IMG/VR virus record: IMGVR_UViG_2778261447_000002
DNA length: 13,406 bases
Strand: one strand, 5' to 3'
Source of the DNA: a virus
Taxonomy: Duplodnaviria > Heunggongvirae > Uroviricota > Caudoviricetes
Shown here piece by piece: positions 7,552-13,406 of the stretch; the first letter of the stretch is position 1, and each line of letters starts with the position of its first letter. The notes beneath the pieces are model-generated. The model was not told the DNA's origin and made no database searches. It saw nothing but the letters and a program-made list of their open reading frames with translations. A program made the translations under genes and the position numbers.

Positions 7552-8151
7552 ATGTGTGGGATGAAGGGGCTTGAGAATGCTATCCGCAATCTGAACAGCC
7601 TTGATACCCGTATGGTGTCACAGGCCAGCGCATGGGCGATAAACCGTGTGGCACAGAAAGCGGTCTCGGTTGCCACCCGGCAGGTTGCCGGGAATACCGT
7701 TGCGGGAGATAACCAGGTGAAAGGGATCCCCCTGAAACTGGTACGTCAGCGTGTCCGGGTGTTTAAAGCCAGTCCGTCAGGAAAAATGACGGCCAGAATC
7801 CGCGTTAACCGGGGCAATCTGCCCGCCATCAAACTGAACACAACACGGCGACGTTCTGGTGAAGGACTGAGAGTGGGAAAATACTTTTTCCGGGGGGCAT
7901 TTGTTCAGCAACTGGCGAATGGCCGCTGGCATGTTCTGAGGCGTCTTCCTGAAGCGCGTTTTGCAACAGGGCATGACCATCAGGGCAGGCCAAGAAAAAA
8001 TCGTCTTCCTGTGGAGGTAGTGAAAATCCCGCTGTCCGGACCGCTGACACAGGCATTTGAAGATGCCCGCGACCGCATCATTGCTGCGGAAATGCCGAAA
8101 CAGCTGGGGTATGCACTGAAACAACAACTGAGGTTATGGCTGACCCGATGA
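7552..8151 (+). CDS. Z: Tail completion protein (lambda gpZ homolog)
   Basis: Strong collinear similarity to lambda Z: KGLENAIRNL vs KGLEQAVENL, AINRVA, IRVNRGNLPAIKL vs IKVNRGDLPVIKL, GAFVQQLANGRWHV vs GAFIQQLKNGRWHV, VVKIP, LGYALKQQLRL vs LGYALQHQLRM. Start may be 7552 or 7561. Confidence 0.9.
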   Translation: MCGMKGLENAIRNLNSLDTRMVSQASAWAINRVAQKAVSVATRQVAGNTVAGDNQVKGIPLKLVRQRVRVFKASPSGKMTARIRVNRGNLPAIKLNTTRRRSGEGLRVGKYFFRGAFVQQLANGRWHVLRRLPEARFATGHDHQGRPRKNRLPVEVVKIPLSGPLTQAFEDARDRIIAAEMPKQLGYALKQQLRLWLTR

Positions 8152-8549
8152 ACCGACATACACAAATCCGCCAGGTCGTACTGGCACGCCTTCGGGAACA
8201 GTGTGGAGACAGCGCCACTTTTTTTGACGGGCTTCCGGCATTTGTTGATGCGCAGGAACTGCCTGCCGTGGCGGTGTGGCTGAGTGATGCTCAGTACACC
8301 GGAAAAATGACGGATGAAGATGACTGGCAGGCTGTTCTGCATATTGCTGTCTTCATCCGGGCACAGGCACCGGATTCAGAGCTGGATATGTGGATGGAGA
8401 GCACCATTTTCCCGGCCCTGAATGATGTACCGGCACTTTCCGGACTCATCGATACCCTGATCCCACTCGGTTTTAACTATCAACGTGATAATGAGATGGC
8501 CACCTGGGCGATGGCGGAAATCACGTACCAGATCACGTACACGAATTAA
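8148..8549 (+). CDS. U: Tail terminator protein (lambda gpU homolog)
   Basis: Collinear with lambda U: ATFFDG, PAVAVWLSDAQYTG vs PAVAVYLTGAEYTG, WQAVLHIAVF, APDSELDMWMES vs VPDSELDAWMES, ITYQITY vs LTYVITY. ATG 8148 overlaps the Z stop (ATGA); the ORF track starts at 8136. Confidence 0.9.
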   Translation: MNRHTQIRQVVLARLREQCGDSATFFDGLPAFVDAQELPAVAVWLSDAQYTGKMTDEDDWQAVLHIAVFIRAQAPDSELDMWMESTIFPALNDVPALSGLIDTLIPLGFNYQRDNEMATWAMAEITYQITYTN

Positions 8550-8559
8550 GGAGGTGGCA

Positions 8560-9303
8560 ATGACCACACCAAATCCACTGGCAAAAACGAAAGGTGCGGG
8601 AACGACGTTCTGGATGTACACCGGCCGTGGCGATCCGTTTGCGAACCCTTTACAGGACACTGACTGGCTGCGTCTTGCGATGGTGAAGGATCTGCAACCT
8701 GGCGAAATGACCGCTGATGCAGAAGATGACACTTATCTCGATGATGAAGATGCAGACTGGAAAACAACAACCCAGGGGCAGAAATCCGTTGGTGATACTT
8801 CGGCGACGCTGGCCTGGCGTCCGGGTGACAGCGGGCAGAAAAAACTGGTTCAGTTGTTCGACTCCGGTGAAGTCTGCGCGTTTCGTATCAAATATCCCAA
8901 CGGCACTGTTGATGTTTTCCGTGGCTGGCTGAGCTCACTGGGTAAAACCATTGCCTCAAAAGACGTGATGACCCGCACCGTGAAAATCAGCGGTGTGGGG
9001 CGTCCGTATCTGGCAGAGGAAGGCACTGAAACCGTGGGCGTTACCGGGCTGACAATATCACCGGTATCTGCCAGTGTAAAAGTGGGAGCAACCACCACGC
9101 TGACCTTTACAGTAAAACCTGACGGAGCCAGTGACAAAGCGATCAGTGTGCATTCGACAGATCCACAGACTGCCACGGTGACCCTGAACGGGCTTGTGGC
9201 CACGGTGAAAGGCGTGAAGCAGGGCAGTGTCAGCATTGTGGGCATGACCGCTGACGGGAATTTTGTGGCTGTGGCTGCGGTGACTGTCAGCGCAGCAGGT
9301 TAA
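8560..9303 (+). CDS. V: Major tail protein (lambda gpV homolog) with C-terminal Ig-like domain
   Basis: Strong similarity to lambda V: [21 protein letters not shown] vs [30 protein letters not shown] identical, [18 protein letters not shown], VGRP. The C-terminal ~80 aa is Thr/Val/Ser-rich like the lambda V Ig-like (Big_2) domain. RBS AAGGAGGTGG at 8548-8557. Confidence 0.92.
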   Translation: [247 protein letters not shown]

Positions 9304-9323
9304 CAGGACGATACTCATCATTT

Positions 9324-9347
9324 GCCCCGGTTATTCGGGGCTTTTTT
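9324..9347 (+). terminator. Rho-independent terminator after the major tail gene
   Basis: GCCCCG-GTTATT-CGGGGC hairpin (6-bp G/C stem) followed by TTTTTT (9342-9347), 21 nt after the V stop. Confidence 0.7.
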
Positions 9348-9360
9348 GCAGGTGGAGAAC

Positions 9361-9750
9361 ATGATGTTTCTGAAACAGGACACGTTTAATTATGAAAAAC
9401 AGTCCGTGGTGCTCAGTGAGCTGTCCGGGCTGCAGAGAATTGAATATCTGACGTTTGTTCAGCAGCGAACGGCAAAGTTTGATGCCGGGGAGGGAGAACT
9501 GCCGGAGGCTGAACGACAGATTGCTTTTCTGCGGATGGGGATGGATATCAATGCCTGGCTGGTTTCCCGCTCACTGTGGAATGCGGAACAGTCTCAGGAT
9601 GTTGAGACGCTTTACGCATCCGTTATTACAACATGGTCGTATGATGCCCTGGGTGCGGGGGCAGAGATGGTTCTTTCGCTGAGCGGTATGGGAGCCATTG
9701 AGAATGCCGGGGATTTGGAGCATGAGGTGCTGACGCCGGAAAAGTCCTGA
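9361..9750 (+). CDS. G: Tail assembly chaperone (lambda gpG homolog)
   Basis: MFLKQDTF...LSELSGLQRIEYL parallels lambda G MFLKTESF...LSELSALQRIEHL. RBS GGTGGAG at 9351-9357. Start at 9361 or 9364 (ATGATG). Confidence 0.85.
   Translation: MMFLKQDTFNYEKQSVVLSELSGLQRIEYLTFVQQRTAKFDAGEGELPEAERQIAFLRMGMDINAWLVSRSLWNAEQSQDVETLYASVITTWSYDALGAGAEMVLSLSGMGAIENAGDLEHEVLTPEKS
9738..9744 (+). other. Candidate -1 programmed frameshift (slippery) site for G-T fusion
   Basis: Heptamer G_GAA_AAG in the G frame, 2 codons before the G stop. The -1 frame is open from 9726 onward and encodes the T-like sequence. Lambda uses G_GGA_AAG at the equivalent place. Confidence 0.6.
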
Positions 9751-10088
9751 CGCGGGAAATGCAGTTTGTCATGCGGCTTGCCCGGGAGTTCAGGCGGGCA
9801 GACTGGCGGCGGATGCTGTCGGAAATGTCGGCCACTGAGCTTGGTGAGTGGGGCGATTATTTCCGGATGCAGAGCTTCAGTGATGTGTGGATGGATGCGC
9901 AGTTTGCCTCGCTGAAGGCATTGATCGTGAGAATGGTGTCCGGCAGCAGTGATGCTGCGGTGGCTGATTTCAGCCTTTTACCGGAAGAGAACGGGATACC
10001 GGAGCGAACGGACGAAGAACTGATGCATCTTGGGGAAGGTATTTCCGGAGGTGTGCGTTATGGACCAGATAGCCAACCTGGTCATTGA
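9738..10088 (+). CDS. T: Tail assembly chaperone gpT portion (made only as G-T fusion by -1 frameshift from G)
   Basis: The -1 frame relative to G encodes ...LAREFRRADWRRMLSEMSATELGEW...DFSLLPEE...GGVRYGPD, matching lambda T (LAREMGRPDWRAMLAGMSSTEYADW...DFSLLNRR...GGVRFGPDG). There is no independent RBS. Coordinates are the shifted-frame segment from the slip site to the stop. Confidence 0.8.
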   Translation, partial: GKVLTREMQFVMRLAREFRRADWRRMLSEMSATELGEWGDYFRMQSFSDVWMDAQFASLKALIVRMVSGSSDAAVADFSLLPEENGIPERTDEELMHLGEGISGGVRYGPDSQPGH

Positions 10089-13000
10089 TTTGGGGATTGA
10101 TGCGGCAGAATTTAAAAATGAAATTCCCCGTATCAAAAACCTTCTGAATGGTGCAGCCAGCGATGCAGAACGGTCTTCTGCCCGTATGCAGCGTTTTATG
10201 GAGCGTCAGACTCAGGCCGCCCGGCAGACAACGCAGGCGGCTTCTTCGGCTGCAACAGCCGCATCCGTCCATGCGCAGACGGTGGAGAAGAACGCACAGG
10301 CTCATGAACGCATGGCCCGCGAGGTGGAGAAAACCCGCCAGCGCATGGAGGCGCTGAGCCAGAAAATGCGCGAGGAACAGGCGCAGGCCATGGCTCTGGC
10401 GGAGGCTCAGGATAAAGCGGCTGCTGCGTTTTATCGTCAGATTGACAGTGTGAAACAGGCCAGTGCGGGGCTGCAGGAATTACAGCGTATTCAGCAGCAG
10501 ATCCGACAGGCCAGAAACAGTGGCGGGATTGGTCAGCAGGATTATCTGGCGCTGATTTCTGAGGTTACTGCGAAAACCCGTGTTCTTACACAGGCTGAGG
10601 AAGAGGCTACCCGACAGAAAGTGGCGTTTATCCGTCAGCTTAAAGAGCAGGCAACCCGCCAGAATCTTTCATCTTCTGAGTTGCTTCGTGCCAAGGCAGC
10701 CCAGCTGGGGGTAAGCAGTGCTGCAGAAGTGTATATCCGCAAAATGGAGCAGGCAGGAAAAGCCACGCATTCGCTGGGTCTGAAAAGTGCAGCAGCCCGC
10801 CAGGAGATAGGCGTTCTGATAGGTGAACTGGCCCGCGGCAATTTAGGGGCGCTGAGGGGATCCGGGATAACGCTGGCTAACCGTGCCGGATGGATAGACA
10901 CACTGATGTCACCGAAAGGCATGATGCTTGGCGGGGTTATTGGCGGTATTGCCGCGGCCGTCTATGGTCTGGGTAAAGCCTGGTATGACGGTCAGAAGGA
11001 GGGGGAAGAATTTAACCGCCAGTTGTCGCTGACGGGGCATTATGCCGGAGTCACTGCCGGGCAGCTGTGGACGCTCAGTCGTGCTATTTCCGGGAATGGT
11101 ATCACGCAACATGCTGCAGCCGGTGCGCTGGCGCAGGTGGTGGGGAGTGGTGCATTTCGTGGAAACGATATCGGTATGGTGGCGAGAGCTGCCGCACAGA
11201 TGGAGCGATCGGTTGGCCAGTCGGTCAGCGATACCATAAATCAGTTTAAGCGGCTGAAGGATGATCCTGTAAATGCCGCGAAGGCTCTGGACAATGAGCT
11301 GCATTTTCTTACTGCCACTCAGCTTGAGCAGATACGTGTCCTTGGGGATCAGGGACGGTCCAGTGATGCTGCACGGATAGCCATGTCTGCACTGGCAGAG
11401 GAAACCGGTCGGCGTACTGCGGATATTGATAATAACCTCAATGCGCTTGGCAGTACGCTGAAGTATCTGTCTGATTTGTGGAGTCGTTTCTGGGATGCGG
11501 CCATGAATATTGGTCGTGAAGACTCGCTGGATGAACAGATTACCGCTTTACAGGAGAAAGTGTCGCGGGCGAAAAGACTCCCCTGGACGGCATCATCTTC
11601 TCAGGTTGAATACGATCAGCAGCGTCTTAACGATCTTCAGGAGAAAAAACGCCAGAAGGATTTGCAGGATGCAAAAGAGCAGGCAGAGCGGAATTATCAG
11701 GAGCAACAGAAACGACGTAATGCTGAAAATGCTGCACTGAACCGGATGAATGAAACGGAAGCAGCACGACATCAGCGTGAAATTGCGCGTATTAATGCCA
11801 TGCAGTACGCCGACCAGGCTGTCAGGGATGCGGCGATACAACGTGAAAATGAACGTTACGAGAAAGCCCTGGCATCCGGTAAGAAAAAAACACGCGAAAC
11901 CCGTAATGATGAGGCCACCCGGTTATTGCTGCAGTACAGTCAGCAACAGGCACAGGTGGAAGGACAGATTGCTGCTGCAAGGCAGTCAGCAGGCATTGCC
12001 ACTGAAAAGATGACAGAAGCGCATAAACAGCTTCTGGCTCTGCAGCAGCGCATCAGCGATCTGGACGGGAAAAAACTGACGGCAGATGAAAAGAGTGTGC
12101 TGGCCCGTAAAGATGAACTGATGCAGGCACTGACGCTGCTGGATGTAAAACAGCAGGAGCTTCAGAAACAAACGGCACTCAACGATCTGAAGAAAAAAAC
12201 AATTCAGCTGACCAGTCAACTGGCTGAAGAAGAGCGCGCTCAGCGTCAGCAACATGACCTGGATATCGCCACGGTGGGTATGGGTGATCAGCAGCGGCAG
12301 CGATATCAGGTACAACTGAGTCTTCGCCAGAAATACCAGCAACAGCTGGAGCAGTTGAGGCGGGATAGTGAGCAGAAAGGGACATATAACACGGATGACT
12401 ACAGAAAGGCCGAGCAGGCGCTGACGGAGAGCCTGAACCGACAACTGAATGAGAATCGCCGTTACTGGCAACAGCTTGAAGTTGTGCAGGGTAACTGGAA
12501 AAACGGAGTCCTGCGTGCATTTCAGGATTTTACCGTGGATGCAGACAATACGGCAGGAACAGCAGAACAGGTGTTCTCATCAGCCTTCAGCAACATGGGA
12601 AATGGCCTGGCAACTTTTGTCACTACCGGCAAACTCAACTTCAAATCCTTCACCTCTTCGGTGCTGTCAGATATGGCGAAAATCCTGGCGCAGGCAACCA
12701 TGATGAAATCGATAAAAGGGATTGGCAGTGTACTGGGATTTGATCTCAGCAGCCTTTCCCTGAATGCCAATGGGGGGATTTATCAGTCTGCTGATTTGAG
12801 TCGTTACAGTGGCACGGTGGTTAACCGTCCGACGTTTTTTGCTTTTGCAAAAGGGGCGGGTGTGATGGGAGAAGCGGGACCTGAAGCCATTCTGCCACTG
12901 CGTCGTGGTGCTGACGGTAAGCTGGGTGTTGTGGCACAGATTTGTGGATCAGGTATGGCGATGTTTGCCCCGCAGTACAATATCGAGATTAATAACGACG

Positions 13001-13125
13001 GCATGAACGGGCAGATAGGTCCGGCTGCCCTGAAGGTGGTTTATGACCTCGGGAAAAAAGCAGCAGCGGACTTTATGCAACAGCAGTCCCGTGATGGTGG
13101 TCTGTTCTCCGGAGGTGGACGATGA
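10060..13125 (+). CDS. H: Tail tape measure protein (lambda gpH homolog)
   Basis: About 1021 aa. N-terminus MDQIANLVIDLGIDAAEF vs lambda MAEPVGDLVVDLSLDAARF. C-terminus NNDGMNGQIGPAALKVVYDL...RDGGLFSGGGR is almost identical to lambda H. Long Gln/Ala/Glu/Arg-rich coiled-coil interior. RBS GGAGGTG at 10047-10053; the ORF track starts at an upstream TTG (10030). Confidence 0.92.
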   Translation: MDQIANLVIDLGIDAAEFKNEIPRIKNLLNGAASDAERSSARMQRFMERQTQAARQTTQAASSAATAASVHAQTVEKNAQAHERMAREVEKTRQRMEALSQKMREEQAQAMALAEAQDKAAAAFYRQIDSVKQASAGLQELQRIQQQIRQARNSGGIGQQDYLALISEVTAKTRVLTQAEEEATRQKVAFIRQLKEQATRQNLSSSELLRAKAAQLGVSSAAEVYIRKMEQAGKATHSLGLKSAAARQEIGVLIGELARGNLGALRGSGITLANRAGWIDTLMSPKGMMLGGVIGGIAAAVYGLGKAWYDGQKEGEEFNRQLSLTGHYAGVTAGQLWTLSRAISGNGITQHAAAGALAQVVGSGAFRGNDIGMVARAAAQMERSVGQSVSDTINQFKRLKDDPVNAAKALDNELHFLTATQLEQIRVLGDQGRSSDAARIAMSALAEETGRRTADIDNNLNALGSTLKYLSDLWSRFWDAAMNIGREDSLDEQITALQEKVSRAKRLPWTASSSQVEYDQQRLNDLQEKKRQKDLQDAKEQAERNYQEQQKRRNAENAALNRMNETEAARHQREIARINAMQYADQAVRDAAIQRENERYEKALASGKKKTRETRNDEATRLLLQYSQQQAQVEGQIAAARQSAGIATEKMTEAHKQLLALQQRISDLDGKKLTADEKSVLARKDELMQALTLLDVKQQELQKQTALNDLKKKTIQLTSQLAEEERAQRQQHDLDIATVGMGDQQRQRYQVQLSLRQKYQQQLEQLRRDSEQKGTYNTDDYRKAEQALTESLNRQLNENRRYWQQLEVVQGNWKNGVLRAFQDFTVDADNTAGTAEQVFSSAFSNMGNGLATFVTTGKLNFKSFTSSVLSDMAKILAQATMMKSIKGIGSVLGFDLSSLSLNANGGIYQSADLSRYSGTVVNRPTFFAFAKGAGVMGEAGPEAILPLRRGADGKLGVVAQICGSGMAMFAPQYNIEINNDGMNGQIGPAALKVVYDLGKKAAADFMQQQSRDGGLFSGGGR

Positions 13126-13406
13126 AAACCTTCCGCTGGAAAGTGAAACCCGGTATGGATGTGGCTTCGGCCCCTTCCGTAAGAAAGGTGCGCTTTGGTG
13201 ATGGCTATTCCCAGCGAGCGCCTGCCGGGCTGAACGCTGACCTGAAAACGTACAGCGTGACGCTTTCTGTTCCCCGTTGGGAGGCCACGGCGCTGGAGTC
13301 GTTTCTGGCTGAGCACGGGGGCTGGAAGGCCTTTCTGTGGACGCCGCCTTATGAGTGGCGGCAGATAAAGGTGACCTGCGCAAAATGGTCGTCGCGGGTC
13401 AGTATG
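13122..13406 (+). CDS. M: Minor tail protein M (lambda gpM homolog), 3' end cut by window edge
   Basis: ATG 13122 overlaps the H stop (ATGA). Translation MKTFRWKVKPGMDVASAPSVRKVRFGDGYSQRAPAGLNADLKTYSVTLSVPRWEATALESFLAEHGGWKAFLWTPPYEWRQIKVTCAKWSSRVSM is near-identical to lambda M as I recall it. Open to the last base of the window, so absent from the ORF track. Confidence 0.9.
   Translation, partial: MKTFRWKVKPGMDVASAPSVRKVRFGDGYSQRAPAGLNADLKTYSVTLSVPRWEATALESFLAEHGGWKAFLWTPPYEWRQIKVTCAKWSSRVSM

Noticed and set aside
9754-9760. Lambda-like heptamer GGGAAAT just after the G stop
   Set aside because: It lies downstream of the G-frame stop codon (9748-9750), so ribosomes translating G cannot reach it. 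Noted only as a possible relic of the ancestral slip site.
10148-10357. Arg-rich 69-aa ORF in an alternative frame within H
   Set aside because: Out-of-frame reading of GC-rich coiled-coil codons, with no start context.
11986-12520. Minus-strand ORFs (161 and 113 aa) inside the tape measure gene
   Set aside because: Low-complexity Leu/Gln-rich translations that mirror the codon periodicity of the coiled-coil-coding strand; no independent start signals.

Overview
This window is the left arm of a lambda-like, cos-packaging siphovirus (prophage or phage genome): a continuous late morphogenesis operon, entirely on the + strand, running from the cohesive-end site through the head genes into the tail genes. 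Order: cosN/cosB-like site (~234-425), small terminase, large terminase (GpA-type), W-like head completion protein, portal, a single ORF fusing ClpP-like prohead protease + linker/scaffold-like region + major capsid protein, a small head protein ending in a collagen-like Gly-X-Y repeat, FII-like head-tail joining protein, then lambda-type tail genes Z, U, V, G, G-T (-1 frameshift), H (tape measure) and the 5' part of M, which is cut by the window end. Genes are tightly packed, mostly with ATGA or short overlaps typical of translational coupling. All homology statements are from reading the translations against remembered lambda protein and cos sequences, not from a database search. I see no rRNA/tRNA, CRISPR array, transposase/integrase, or defence/toxin-type system; every long ORF is accounted for by the structural module, and the minus-strand ORFs look like mirror-frame artefacts. 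The points most worth follow-up are the collagen-like tail on the small head protein, the protease-capsid fusion, the divergent cos site with its ATGGGACA repeat set, the variant G-T slippery heptamer, and the N-terminally extended tape measure.
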